A DNA stretch of 64,000 nucleotides from Octopus vulgaris (GCA_951406725.2 OX597818.1:115258001-115322000), one strand, 5' to 3'. Positions 13,658-28,569 are shown, numbered from the stretch's first letter. Numbers and translations: made by a program. Notes: generated by a model from the letters alone, not told the origin.

Positions 13658-14378
13658 ATGGCTTCTAATCGTGAATCATACAGTCTCTGCACTATGTGAA
13701 CGGGTTCCCATATCACGTGAACTAATTGTTTTACGTAAGGTAGCAACGGGGAACAGATTTGCAGAATAAACTAACAAAAATGAAAAAAAAAGGCACAAAA
13801 AAAGCACCGATGCCTATAAGCATGGCATGTGAAGAGAGAGCGAGTTTTTCCAGCAGATGGATTGAGGTAACATAACAAAGCCGTCCGAACCATGTGTTCT
13901 GTCAGATGTTTACCATTCCTTCATTTGCGACAAATGTCTTCCACGTGGAGTAACAACAGTCTGAATCATAGGAAGGATATTTTACCATTCGGTTCTTGAT
14001 ATTTATCCACAGATCACATCTGAGCAAATATTTGATCAAAAGCGTTCTAGACATGACCATCTCACATTCTTTCAAATATTGCATACCTGTAGCTATATTA
14101 CGCTAAGGGCTTCTCCAACTCCAGGACAGAAGAGGGTTGCGATAAATGGTAGGTATTATTAGCAGCTCTGGCAGAAGGCGGTGAGCTGGTAGAATGGTTA
14201 GCACGCTGGACAAAATGGTTGCGGTGTTCTCTCCGTTTTTACGTTCTGAATTCAAATTCCGCCCAAGTCGACTTTGCCTTTCATCCTTTCATCTTTTGCC
14301 GAAACGCAAGCTTACGGGGAAGTAAATTCACCAATACCAGTTGATGGAAGGTAGTGGAGGACTAACACTGACACAAAT

Positions 14379-14417
<39 letters not shown>

Positions 14418-14636
14418 ACATATTCAATTACGAATTAAAAGCAGCGCTGGTCTTATAGACATTATCAACTGCACATGTTCAATGTATACGCCTTGTTTGT
14501 TCGCCAGTTCGCTGCAGTATTTGGCTCTGGAGGCAACTACCTCATAACAACGAGCGTTATGAAGAAGTCGTCTCCCAAGCGCTACACAGCAGAGCAGCGG
14601 CAAACAAACAGACATATATTGAGTATGTGCGGTTAG

Positions 14637-14669
<33 letters not shown>

Positions 14670-14932
14670 GATAAATCTCAGAGCGAGTTATAAACAGTAG
14701 CGGTAACACATCGTGACGCATATTTGCCATTTGAATATGGCTAACCCCTAAGGGTGGATGCTACTGTAGTTTGTAGTCCCAGGAAGATATCTCCTCCAGC
14801 TGGCTATAGACACACTATCTGTGTCCTCTCAGTATTTGTGAAGGGAAGTCATCCTCCCCGTCTTCAACTCATGATACACACGGACCCGAGTTTCAAGGTG
14901 TTTACCTTTCATATATATATATATATATATAT

Positions 14933-15003
<71 letters not shown>

Positions 15004-15761
15004 TAGTTCAAATTTACAGAAAACAAAAGACGAAGACAGGTGTAGGAACAACAAACAGGTGCATTAGTTTGACGCGTGGGAAAAATGGAAAAGTCTTTAA
15101 CGTTTCGAGCCTATATACATATATATGTTTTTGTCTGTTTTTAATTTCGATTTGCATATGCTCGTCAATTCGCAACGTTCTCTTTAAAGTAAACTAAATC
15201 AAAAATTTTAATTGGGAGCAGGGGATGAAAAAAAATTTGGGTTTTTTTGGCGGGGGATGGTTGCATATTCATAATCTCCGACATCTAAAATGTAGGAATC
15301 CGAAAAAATTCTTTCAAAATTATGCATTTTTCAAAGAGAGGTGAGAAACTGCATTAGCCCTGATAAAGGATAAACGATACATAGTGACATAGTACATACA
15401 CACACACTGGTAGAACACTCCAATATAAACAGCAATTCGGTACAAGCATAGCAGACCCGATATTGCTCTGTGGGACGGGGAACAAAAGCGATGCACAGTT
15501 GCAGAGGTCAGTTACCCAGCAGATATGAATTTTCTTTCATGTAAATAAATACCTTTGACTACGGCCTTGCTGGAGCACTGCCTTTAGTCGAGTAAATCGA
15601 CCCCAGGACTTATTCTTTGCAAGCCTAGTACTTATTCTATCGGTCTTTTTTGCCGAACCGCTAAGTTACGGAGACATAAATACACCAGCATCGGTTGTCA
15701 AGCGATGTTGGGGGGACAGACACAAACACACACATACACACACACAGTCACATATATATAC

Positions 15762-15800
<39 letters not shown>

Positions 15801-16476
15801 CGACGGGCTTCTTTCAGTTTCCGTCTACCAAATCCGCTGACAAGGCTTTGGTCGTCCCGAGGCTATAGTAGAAGACACTTGCCCAAGGTGCCACGCAGTG
15901 GAACTGAACCTGGAACCATGTGGTTGGTAAGCAAGCTACTTACCTCACAGCCACAATTTTTTTTTTATCTTTATAGTGAATTAATGCGGAGCGTACAGCT
16001 CTTGTACCTTGACTACAAATTCTTATTTTTTACATATAATCATAAGTAAATTACTTTTTGTACATACAAATTTACACTCACACACACACACATACAATTA
16101 GATATAATATTGGGGTTTTTGGTAGATAGAGCAAAAGAAACTGGTGGAGATTCTCCGTATCCAATCAATTAGTGGCACAGAGGAGATTTATTTGTAAGAC
16201 ATTCCAAAAATTCTCCGTATGAGGTGCTTTAAGTGAACAGATGCAAACAGTTGCGTGTGCGCACCGACAGCTCAAACAACACACTAACTCAACTACATAT
16301 TTACATTTACCGGGGACTCTCTTATCTCAAAAGCTCTTGTCGCTTTGTTAGCAAACGGCTTGGACTATCTCAGAAAGAACTTAGAACTCAAAGGAAAATA
16401 TATATTTTCATATATGCATGTCTGTATGAAGGAAATAAAGGGGTGAAGAGAAGTGAAACCCAAAATGATAACTTGC

Positions 16477-16678
16477 CTGTTATAAGAACAGCTTTCCGTT
16501 CTGGATCAATGTAAGTCTTCCTGTTGAAATGCATTATAGCAGTCTGGATAAATATCATCTGGATGAAGAGAAGCAACATTGAGTATGCAGATGAGAAAAC
16601 AGAGTTCTGTAGTTGAGTAGATAGGGCCCAAACGCCAACCACCAAACAGGTTCCTATGATGAATTTCAGTAGGGCCAT
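16477..16678 (-). CDS. Short-chain dehydrogenase/reductase (SDR9C-like: retinol dehydrogenase / 17beta-HSD6 / BDH1-like), coding exon 1
   Basis: ATG at 16678; encodes a hydrophobic N-terminus then YIDPERKAVLIT-G, the start of the Rossmann beta1 strand. Ends at ACAG|gcaagt (GC donor, phase 1) and joins exon 2 in frame to give AVLITGCDTGFG. Confidence 0.85.
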
Positions 16679-16845
16679 CGTTTCGATTGTGTTTTTTGCT
16701 AATGCTTCTCAGCGAATTTGTCGATGTCAGGCTTTGATGTTGAACTCTGATGATTGTTGTAGATGGTCAGTTTGAGGACATAATACGGTGCGGACGACGA
16801 GAGAGCTACATCGACACTAACGATAGAGGCTCGTTTTGCTTTCTC

Positions 16846-16852
16846 CTTTATA
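16846..16852 (-). promoter_or_regulatory. Candidate TATA box for the SDR gene
   Basis: CCTATAAAGG on the minus strand ~170 nt upstream of the ATG, below a (CT)n/(GA)n-rich block at ~16950-17220. Motif match only. Confidence 0.3.
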
Positions 16853-17751
16853 GGAAGCGCGAGCGAAGGAAAATAAAACAGAGGTTGTTTGAAAAAGTGT
16901 TTTTGTGTCACCAACAGGAAAAGTAGATTAAAAACAGCGTCGCCAAGGAGTGATAGCAAGAGAGAGAAGAGAGAGGGGGGAAGAGACAGAGAGAAAGAGA
17001 GAAAGAGAGAAAGAGAGAAACGGAGAGAGGAGAGGGGGAGTGAGAGAGTGATAGAAGGGGAAACATGTTGGCTCACTGACCAACAAATGACAGCAAACAT
17101 TGAGTAGGAGAAAGAAAAAGGAGGTCAAGAAGAGACAGAGGGAGAAAGAGGACGACGAGAGAGAGAGAGACACAGAGAGACAGAGAGAGAGACAGAGACA
17201 CAGAGAGAGAGAGCACAGCGCGACAGTAAGACATGTGACACTTCTATTGATATATAACAGAAAACATCCCCGATATGGGATGGTAAACATTCTGCCAGCT
17301 ATTACTAAAACAAACAAGAAATAAAGCAAAAATGTTGTGCAGTGGTGACAATGTGACAGCTTTGTGTTTTTTTTTACCCTCGTTTTTCTGCTTCTGTTTT
17401 CTTTCTAATCGTCTGACGATTACTATTTTATAAAAGTATCGTTTTGTTTATCCAAATAACCGGTCTTGTTTTCCCTCTTTATTTCATTATTTCTGGGTTT
17501 TTTTTTTTTTGTGAATAAGTTCAAGGACGACCACACTCTAGTTACAATTAGAACCGGTTCCATATTAATCCAAAAGACAAATACATATTCACTATTTGTA
17601 GCTAATTTTTCCAAAATCGCTCGCTATTATTCTATAAAAGTTGCTCGGTTTTCGTAGGAAAGAGAATATATTAGAAAGTCGTAGCAGCAGACGTTATTTA
17701 AATTCTGAATGAAGCAACAGTGATGTTTTTTATTATTTTCATGGGGTGGAG

Positions 17752-17952
17752 GGTTAAATCAATGCTGGACCTCTTCCTGTCGAGAGTCCCAGATGAACCT
17801 ACCTCACGGCAAGAGGTGCAAATGAGGGTAGCTATATCAAATTCTATTCTTCACCAAGTGCCACATTTTTGAGGAGGCTCTTAGTAATAACAGTGTAGCA
17901 AAACGGCAGTGCATCAGCATGGCCGCAGCTCTGGGCTGAAACTAGCAAAAAA
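17752..17952 (+). mobile_element. CR1/L2-like LINE extreme 3' end
   Basis: KSMLDLFLSRVPDEPTSRQEVQMRVAISNSILHQV followed by a 3' UTR (cggcagtgcatcagcatggccgcagc...ctgaaac). Confidence 0.65.
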
Positions 17953-18829
17953 GTCGAAAAAAATTAGTTAATCAAGAATTATATAATCCAATGTAGTCTT
18001 TTAATTTATGCTACAGAAAGTTTGAACAACAAAAACATTGAAGAAAATTTAACTGCTATTTCTAGGAAATTTGGTAACCACATGGAGGCTTCCTTGGTTC
18101 GAAAAAACATTCTTACAAATAATGTTAATAATGGCTTCTAATTTAGGAAAAAGATTAGCAGTTTTGAAAAATAAATGTAGTTGAATACATCGGTCCCAGT
18201 GCATGACTGATACTTATTTTATCGACTATGGAGGGATGAAAGATAATGTTAACCTCAACGAGGTTTGAACTCAAAACATAATGAGCCGGAACACATATCA
18301 CCTGTCATCTCTGGTGAAGGTGACGAAATAGGAGGCGAGTGAAAGGTTCGGGGAAAAAGTTGAGTGAACATTTTGTAAGAAATAAAAAGATGGGAAAAGG
18401 CAGAGAGGGTAAGAAAGGTGGCTGGGGAGAAGAGAAGAAAGGGTGAAGGGATGTAAATGGAAATTTGTTGGAAGGGAAGTAAGTACAAAGGAGATGGGAA
18501 TGGTATTTGAGTGAGCGGTTAAGTGTGGAGGGTATTAGGGAGGCGGTTAAGTGTGGATGGTATTAGGGAGGCGGCGAGCTGGCAGAAACGTTAGCACGCC
18601 GGGCGAGATGCTTAGCGGTATTTCGTCTGCCGTTACGTTCTGAGTTCAAATTCCACCGAGGTCGACTTTGCCTTTCATCCTTTCGGGGTCGATAAATAAA
18701 GTACCAGTTACGCACTGGGGTCGATTTAATCGACTTGATACCTATGTCTGTCCTTGTTTGTCCCCTCTATGTTTAGCCCCTTGTGGGTAATAAAGAAATA
18801 GGTATTAGGGAGGCAAGTATAATGGCTGT

Positions 18830-19740
18830 AGGAGGAGAGAGGGAAATGCCTGTTGCTGGGGAATGGAACTACGGTGCAATTGGAAGGGAGGAGGTGAGGG
18901 ATCTGTAGAAAATGGCAAACCGGAAGGAGCCAGGTATGGATGGGTGTACAGTGGAATGCCTAAAGAAAGGAGGAATGACAGTGGTTGAATGGTTAATGAG
19001 GCTTATGAATGTTTGTTACATATGAGTATAAATGGTGAGTGTTTTTAAGTTTCTGGGATCACATGTGACGGCGGATGGGGTTTGGATGAGGCGGTGGGAT
19101 ATAGAGTGAGGGAGAGGAGTAAGATACTTGGAGTTGTGAAAGGTACGCTGAGAGATAAAAGGTTGAGTATGAAAGCGAAAATAGGTGTGTATGAGGGCGT
19201 GATTGTGCCGACAGTGTTATGTGGTGCAGAGATGTGGGGGCTGACAGAAGCGGAAAGGAATCGACTAGATGTGTTTGAGATGAGCTGTATGAGGGATATG
19301 GTTGGTGTGACACGGATGGAGAGGATGAAGAATGAGGAGGTGCGAAGGTGAGCAGGAATGAGAGAAAAACCAACAACCAAAATGGAGAGACGAATGTTCA
19401 AGTGGTTTAGCCACATGGAGAGGATGGATGAGAAGCGGATGGTAAGGAGGGAGATAAAGGCAGAAGTGGTAGGTAGAAGAACCAGAGGTAGGCCTCGGTT
19501 TGTGTGTATGGATGGAGTGAGGAAAGCTTTGGTGCCTAGAGAGTGTTTGTGGACGGATGAGTGAATTTTGATGTTGCTCAAAGGGTACGGAACCAGCATG
19601 ATGTGGCGGGGTAAGCAAGCATATATTGTCGGGCCCCGCTGCTGAAATTGGGGGTTGTGTTTTATACTTTAACCCGAGCATTGAACGGGGCTCACCTCTT
19701 TGACCTTGGAAATGAATGTAACGTCTGGTGTGTGTCTTGT
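18830..19740 (+). mobile_element. RTE-clade LINE remnant with internal deletion
   Basis: KEPGMDGCTVECLKKGGMTVVEWLMRLMNVC joins almost directly to FKFLGSHVTADG...KAKIGVYEGVIVPTVLCGAEMW...KWFSHMERMDEKRMV...GRRTRGRPR. Confidence 0.85.
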
Positions 19741-20428
19741 GGCTACCCCCTCCTAAAAAAATGGGGAATAGGCTTGGGTATATATATAAAAAAAAAAAGG
19801 AGAGCGTTTGTTGATTATATCGAACCCTGGCAATCAACTTGTAGTTATTTTATCGACCCCGAAAAGATGAAAGGCGAAGTCGACCTCGGTGAAATTTGAA
19901 CTCAGAACATAAATTAGAACGTAAAGACGGACGAAGCGCCACTAACCATTTTGTCCGGCGTGCAGTAAACTTAATAATATTGATAATTGTTTCTTACTTA
20001 GATAGAAGCTCAGTAATTTTTGAGAGCAGGGGGGTCGGTTGATACCATCCACCACTTAAATTTGTTTTGCTTTATCGGACCGCGAAAGGAAGAAACACAA
20101 AGTTGGCCGCAGCGGAATTTGAACTCAAAGTCTAAAGATCCTGAAGAAACATGGCAAAGCATTTTCACGGAATTTCTTCCATGGCCCTTCACATTCTGAG
20201 TTCAAATCCTGTTGAGAACAATTTTGTTTATCATTCTTTTGCGGTCAATATGAAAGACCCTATTATAGGCGCAGGTGTGGTAGTATGGTAAGAAGCTTGC
20301 TTACCAACCACATGGTTCTGGGTTCAGTTCCACTGCGTGACACTATGGGCAAGTGTCTCCTACTATAACCTCGGGCCGACCAAAGCCTTGTGAGTGGATT
20401 TGGTAGACGGAACCTGAAAGAAGCCCGT

Positions 20429-21790
<1,362 letters not shown>

Positions 21791-24700
21791 TGTATGTATT
21801 TGTGTGTCTGTGTTTGTCTTCCAATCATCGCCTGACAACCGATGGTGGTGTGTTTACGTCCCCGAAACCTAGCGGTTCGGCAAAAGTGACCGATAGAATA
21901 AGTACTAGGCTTACAAAGAATAAGTCCTGGGGTCGATTTGTTCGAACAAAGCCGCGCTCCAGCATGACCGCTGTCAAAAATATTGAGTGAAACAAGCAAA
22001 AGAGATAGCAACGGGATATGAACTCAAAACATGAAGACCCGGAACGAATCGTTCGATTCCATTTTTACGCGTCCGGAAAATTCGACGTAAACCTATTCAC
22101 CGTGGGAAAATTTGCAATCGAAAAATTCTCTGTAAGAGGTTTCGCTCTATGGGAGAATTCGCCGAAAGATAAATTCGCCCTATTGACAATGATGAAGTGT
22201 TCAGCATTTAAAAAAAAACTAATAAATGAAAAAGAAAAAGAACGATAAGAGATTTTATGATAGCATTAAATTGGCAGGTCATTATTTAATGCCAAATGTG
22301 ATGAGGTCATTTAAAACGTATGAAAATTCCAGGCAATGCTGTGCAAACAATATAATTTTTACTGCGGACAGTATCGAAGGATTTGTCTCTAAAGTCCTAC
22401 GTTAATATCCTTTCTCCAAAGGCGGCGAGCTGTCAGAAACGTTAGCACGGCGGGCGAAATGCGTAGCCGTATTTCGTCTGTCGTTACGTTCTGAGTTCAA
22501 ATTCCGCCGAGGTCGACTTTGCCTTTTATCCTTTCGGGGTCGATAAATTAAGTACTAGTTACGCACTGGGGTCGATATAATCGACTTAATCTGTTTGTCT
22601 GTCCATGTTTGACCTCTCTGTGTTTAGCCCCTTGTGGGTAGTAAAGAAATAGGTATTTCGTCTACTGCTACATTCTGAGTTCAAATTCCGCCGAGGTCGA
22701 CTTTGCCTTTCATTCTTTCGGAGTCGATAAATTAAGTACCGGTTGCGTACTGGCGTCGATCTGATTGATTTGCCCCTTCCTCAAAAATTTCAGGCATTGT
22801 TCCTAGAGTAGAATAGATTCCTAAGTTTTGAGGTCAGTACTATAAGACAAAGAACAGAGATAAGACGTACGTCTTCCGACCGAATGCTTTTTCTTTCGTA
22901 TCTAGTTTTCAAATTGAGTAAAAGCGAATGGCTCAGTGGTTCGGGTATTCAGCTCACAATCGTAAGAACGTGAGTTTGATTTCCAGCGGTGCATTGCGTC
23001 CTTAAACACGACGGTTTACTTCACGTTGCTCCCGTCCACTCAGCAGGCAAAAATGAGCTGTACTTGTAATTGAAAAGGGCCAGCCTTGTCACATTCTGTG
23101 TCTCGCTGAATCTCCCTGAGAACTACGTTAAGGGTACGCGTGTCTGTGGAACACTCAACCACTTGCACGTTAACGAGCAGGCTGTTCCGTTGATCAGATC
23201 AACTGGAACCCCCATGGTCGTAACTAACTGACAGATTGCCAGTCAATTAGTCTTTAAAGTTGTGTCCATAACCTGCACCTCTTCTGAAGTCTTAGAAAGC
23301 GATTAAATCTCAAATATCTTGGTTTTCATAGCTGAATATGTCTCAAAAGACACCGAAGTTAATCATCTTTGAAAATGGACATGATGCAAGTTTAATAGAT
23401 TATTTCTTTACCGCTATAACATGAAATTCGGCGAAATAATTGAAATCTGAATTCTTGGATTGCTGGTCATTTCTGGCCATGAGTCATGGTGAGAGGAAAC
23501 GTGTGTTTTATTTTCCCGGTGCACTTTTTTTTTGTATTTAAAGTGAAATTAGCCAATTCAGACTGTTGGCGCTCCCTTGATTAAAAAAGAAATGAACTGT
23601 ATCCACTTGTCAATACAATAATGAAAAACAACCGTAAACAAAAGCTTGCATAGACTGCTTGTCTCCAAAAACACTTCACACCGGAGATGATTCACGTCAA
23701 ATTGTAATCCGGATTCTGCTTCAAATTTTGATTCAGGGACTACGCAGAGAGTTGTCAGAAATTTCAATCAACAAATATTTCAGCTTACTCTGCAAACATA
23801 CACAGTAACATACCAAAAGGTTTTCTTTGTCTATTGACTTTATACAGTGGCCTAGCATGTATAAATAGTCAATAGACAACATATTCATATTTTAAAATAG
23901 TGTACATTTAAACACAAAACATGTAAAAATTACCTGTTAAAGAGTAGTTTTCTTTTGTGTTTAATTGTACAGTATTTTTAAATATGAATATGTGGTCTAT
24001 TGACTATTTATACATGCTAAGCCACTGGTGGTGATATTTATAAACGAATATTCGCTACCCTATATATGTATCTTATGAATATGTTCTTAGCATTCTCGAA
24101 GATTCAGCTCGGCGTTATATTTACTGCCGACTGAAACTACGCTTGCGAGCGGAATTTTGAAAAATTATAACATATAATGACGGGATACGTGTTATCTTGT
24201 CTCTGAATTATAAGTTAGTTATTGAGGCCGGTAACTGATGAGAATTCTCCTGGTGGATATTGTTTTGCTAAATTACCTATTAAAGGATGGCAAATAATCT
24301 TATTTGCTAAAGAAATTCGAAATCATGGTATAACCGCTAATAAAAATAACAAGGTAAACGTTTTTATTTATCATTTACTTCGAAAATTGCTATAAAATCG
24401 TGGTTTTGACCGTGTTGGCTGCTATTTCTAGCATGTAAAAATTACCTGTTAAAGGATAGGTTTTTTTGTGTTTAAATGTACACTATTTTAAAATATGAAT
24501 ATATATATATATATATACATATATACAACGGGATTCTTTCAGTCTCCGTCTACCAAATCCACTCACAAGGCTTTGGTCGACCCGAGGCTATTGTTGAAGC
24601 CCAAGGTGTCATGTAGTGGGACTAAACCCGGAACTATGTGGTTCATAAGCAAGCTACTTACCACACAGCCACTCCTACGTCTATATATGCGTGTGTGTGT

Positions 24701-25415
24701 GTGTGTGTGTGTGTGTGAAGTCGCTATCGGGCTCTACCGGTAACATGTACCCAAGTACAACCTGTTGCATGGTCGGGTCGTCGGTGACTAAACTGGCAAT
24801 TCATCAAGCTTGATTGGTGAGGAGGGTGATTTTTGGACACCCTGCAGGACGAAAAATAAGACCCGTCAAAGAGCGGAAGGGCTCACGAGCAGTCAGCGGT
24901 CATCCAACAATGTGTACATGTGTATATATTCATGTATGTATGCGCAGGGACATGGAAATACCTGGGTTGGTATCCAGGCGCGCGGTCGGCCCGCTGGGAA
25001 AAGAAGACACCTCTGTTGTCACAGCTCCCTAGGAGAGGAAAACTCTGAGAGAAAACCTGCGACACTGACAATATTCAAGGATGTAGACTAGTTCTACTTT
25101 TCGAGTTTATGTTGTCCATGCTCAGAGAGTGGGATTGGATCTGTGCAAATCCTTTCTCCACTATAAAAAAAAATTGTTATGCACAGGCATCGCATGCAAA
25201 AGAGTAAGGCCTATCTCAAAAATGGCTGATCGCAGCCTTCTCATGTGTGGGATTTTCGGTAAGGCGATGGCAATACTCGAACACGAGTTTGCAGCCATCA
25301 AATATGTGTGTGTGTGTGTGTTTATTTTGATATTCATATATGTATATATGTATGTATATACATAAATGTATATATATATATAGGTTTTCATGTTTGGATT
25401 AATTATATATAAATG

Positions 25416-25456
<41 letters not shown>

Positions 25457-25465
25457 TTATGTATA

Positions 25466-25529
<64 letters not shown>

Positions 25530-25556
25530 CATACATATATATGTATGTATGTATAT

Positions 25557-25602
<46 letters not shown>

Positions 25603-25689
25603 ATATATGTATATATACACACATACATCTTCATCTGGCTAAATCGTCAGCATAGTGGATTAAAATGCTAAGCAGCACTTCTGGCTTTA

Positions 25690-26100
25690 TGTTCTGCGTT
25701 CAGAAATATGAAGGGGCAGGCTGGAAAGCGGAGCATTTTCCAATCGAAGTTAGATGTAGAGGGTTTGTTGGACACAGTGTGAGACGATTGTTGGTATCAT
25801 TAGGCCTAACTCGTCGTAAAGTAAATACCACCATGACCGATATCCAAACTAAAGTGAAGGTTAGCCACTGTTGGTTAAAAAGAGGCGATGAGCAATGGCT
25901 AGCGAAATATTGAGCTATATTTAATAACCAGTTGATCTAATAAGCGGGGCTTCATATCAGTGAGGGTGCGCATTGATGCCGTCGAATGGTAGGCGCCGAA
26001 ACGGCGCGCATTCTCTCCTAATGACCCCATACACTTGCTGGCTTCCGGTATGCAGAGTTCTCGACTGGTACCACCTGCATGTGCAAGTTGCTTGCAAAAC
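25690..26100 (+). mobile_element. RLE-type (HERO/R2-superclade-like) non-LTR element 3' remnant
   Basis: GWKAEHFPIEVRCRGFVGHSVRRLLVSLGL...HCWLKR matches the C-terminal restriction-like endonuclease region (P-I/V-EVGCRGF), followed by a GC-richer 3' UTR. Confidence 0.7.
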
Positions 26101-26615
26101 ATACATTATAGAAAGCATAAGCCGAAGACAGATGAGGAAACGGCAAGCGGCTGTATTTGAACCTTTGACGCTTCGTGTCTGCGCTCTTCGACAAAATAGA
26201 AAGAACGCCTTAATCTATTCTTTTCTAGGGATTTCTTCACTTTTTCCTCAATCAACAACTCCATCATATTAACTAGAACAGCATCCATTCTTAAACCAAA
26301 TGTCTATAACTCACAGAACTTAGTTCAAAATTCCTGCATAAGTAGAGCTTTGAGTAGGTCGGGATCTGCTACTTTGAGTTAATGAGGATCCATTAAATCA
26401 TAAGGAAATCTCTAGTAGCTTTTTAACAAGCGATAAATCGAAGTCAAGATGACATCCTCAAGGCCGGAAGCAGTAGACGACGGTCCGCACCCTTATTTCA
26501 GGCTGATCTCCGACTGTATTGTATAAGTGCAATTATATACAAAAATGTCTTTGCTTGTTTTATCCAATTTTTTTTCAGTGAATAACAAAATTGACTATTT
26601 TATAGAGGCTTCAAA

Positions 26616-27481
26616 TGTGTATCTATATGTACGACATTTTAAACAGTAAATTCTTTCAGCTTCCTAAATGAAGCAAGGAGGAAATAATGGCGTCTCATGC
26701 GATGAAGCAATGCAGTTCTTAGAAAGGAGTGACAAAAATATCTTTAGCTGTCTGCTAAGGAAAGCAGGAAAAATGGTTGGTGCCAACTCTAAAGTAACAA
26801 CACGTATTCAACATGAATTTACCACTCTTCATGTTTTGCATGAGGAATTCCAACCACTTTTTGTGGTTCGCTACCTGAACAGCTCCTTCATAGGATCCAG
26901 TGGCTAAGACATCATCAGCCGTTCAAGAATTTGGACCTGGAGATCTCCATTTCCAGCGACTTCGAGGGCCACCTCCCAGTGGTGTCGGGCGTCAACGAAG
27001 AGCCCTCGACTACAACAAGACGACCAAACCTTTTTTTCCCAAGGTCTGGGGTCTCCCGCCCCTAAGCCCTAGACCATCATCTAATCGCCCTTACCCGTCT
27101 TGTTGCTTAGTAACAACAACAACAAGACATCATCAGAAGGAACCACGTCTGGTTTCGGCCCCTACTCCTCTACCGTATTCGACGTGGCGTGCCCACAACT
27201 TTAAAAAAAAAATGAAATTTCTTTGCTTAGTAAAATCTCCATGTGTATCTACATGCAAGACATTTTAAACAGTAAATTCTTTCAGCTTCCTAGATGAAGC
27301 AAGGGGGAAATAATGGCGTCTCATGCGATGGAGCCATGCAGTTAGCATGAATAATTGGTTCTTAGAAAGGAAAGAGTGACAAAAATATCTTTAGCTGTCT
27401 GCTAAGGAAAGCAGGAAAAATGGCTGGTGCCAACTTTAAAGTCACAACGACATGTATTCAACATGAATTTACCACTCTTCA
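26616..27481. repeat. Diverged ~220-240-bp direct repeat pair
   Basis: 26616-26831 resembles 27241-27481 (gacattttaaacagtaaattctttcagcttcc...catgaatttaccactcttca). Confidence 0.8.
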
Positions 27482-27860
27482 ATGCATGTCGTATGAATAG
27501 GGCACACACGGAATTCGAGTTCATTAAATGGAATACAATTTTGTTTTTTTATTACAAAAAGTTTAACGTTTTAAAAGAGGCTGTAATTGAGATTTTATTT
27601 TCGTTCGCTTTGGCCTGCGAGACATAAAAACATTTTCAGTCCGAAAGGTGTTGCCACCCACTGCTCCGGGCAAGGGTTTCAGAACTGTTTAGTACTAGTT
27701 ATTAATTAGAAGCGTCTAAAAAAAAACCCGCAGGGGTGCGTCTGTGAATATAAAGATTATGAATTTTTAATTTTACAAAGTCATAGTTATGCAACATATT
27801 ATTTTTTTTTTATTTTAAAACTTAAGTTATTGCCTAGCTTAATTTTATTTAACTTATTTA

Positions 27861-28031
27861 GGCGTAGGAGTGGTTGTGTGGTAAGTAGCTTGCTTACCAA
27901 CTACGTGGATCCAGGTTCAGTCCCACTGCGTGGCACCTTCGGCAAGTGTCTTCTACTATAGCCTCGGGCCGACCAAAGCCTTGTGAGTGAATTTGGTAGA
28001 CGGAAACTGAAAGAAGCCCGTCGTATGTATG

Positions 28032-28083
<52 letters not shown>

Positions 28084-28297
28084 TGTGTATATGTTTGTGT
28101 GTCTGTTTGTTCCGCCAACATCGCTTGACAACCAATGCTGGTGTGTGTACGTCCCCGTAACTTAGCAGTTCGGCAAAAGAGACCGATAGAATAAGTACTA
28201 GGCATCCAAAGAATAAGTCCTGGGGTCGATTCCCTCGACTAAAGGCGGTGCTCCTGCATGGCCACAGTCAAATGACTGAAACGAATAAAAGAGTAAA
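27861..28297 (+). mobile_element. tRNA-derived SINE family A (CORE-like segment, internal (TA)/(TG) microsatellite), representative copy
   Basis: ggcgtaggagtgg...gttcagtccc...ggcaagtgtc...(TA)n...catggccacagtcaaatgactgaaac. Other copies at about 2092-2410+, 2636-2947-, 9355-10010+, 10480-11122-, 15555-15955-, 20268-22010+, 24525-24682-, 31375-31786+, 32640-33105-, 34967-35350+, 35610-36008-, 50101-50520+, 53560-53845-, 61630-62050- and 63205-63388-. Confidence 0.9.
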
Positions 28298-28569
28298 TAG
28301 TTATTTATTTAGAAAGCAGCCAGCTAACAGAATAGTTAGCTACCCCGGAGAAAATGTGTAGTGTTATGTGATCCGACTTTACCTTCCGAGTTCGAATTCC
28401 ACCTAGATAGACTTTGGCTTTCATTCTTTCGCGGTCAATGAAATAAGCACCAGTTGAGCACCGAGGTTGATGTAACTGATTGGCCCCTTCTTCCCCCAAA
28501 ATTTCAAGTCTAATGCCTATAGTAGAAAAGATACATATATTTATATATTTAATATTTTCATGAGATTAA

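Noticed and set aside
13902-14084. 60-aa minus-strand ORF within SDR intron 1 as a possible extra exon
   Set aside because: No SDR motifs, and exons 1 and 2 already join seamlessly.
15705-16049. Recurring ORFs with [38 protein letters not shown]
   Set aside because: Antisense translation of SINE family A, not a protein family.
16388-16476. Extension of SDR exon 1 ORF (KLSFWVSLL...)
   Set aside because: Read-through into the intron past the GC donor; it breaks the TGxxxGxG motif.
22050-22182. Degenerate ~15-bp aaattcgcc repeats
   Set aside because: Probably DNA-transposon subterminal repeats, but no partner end was found.
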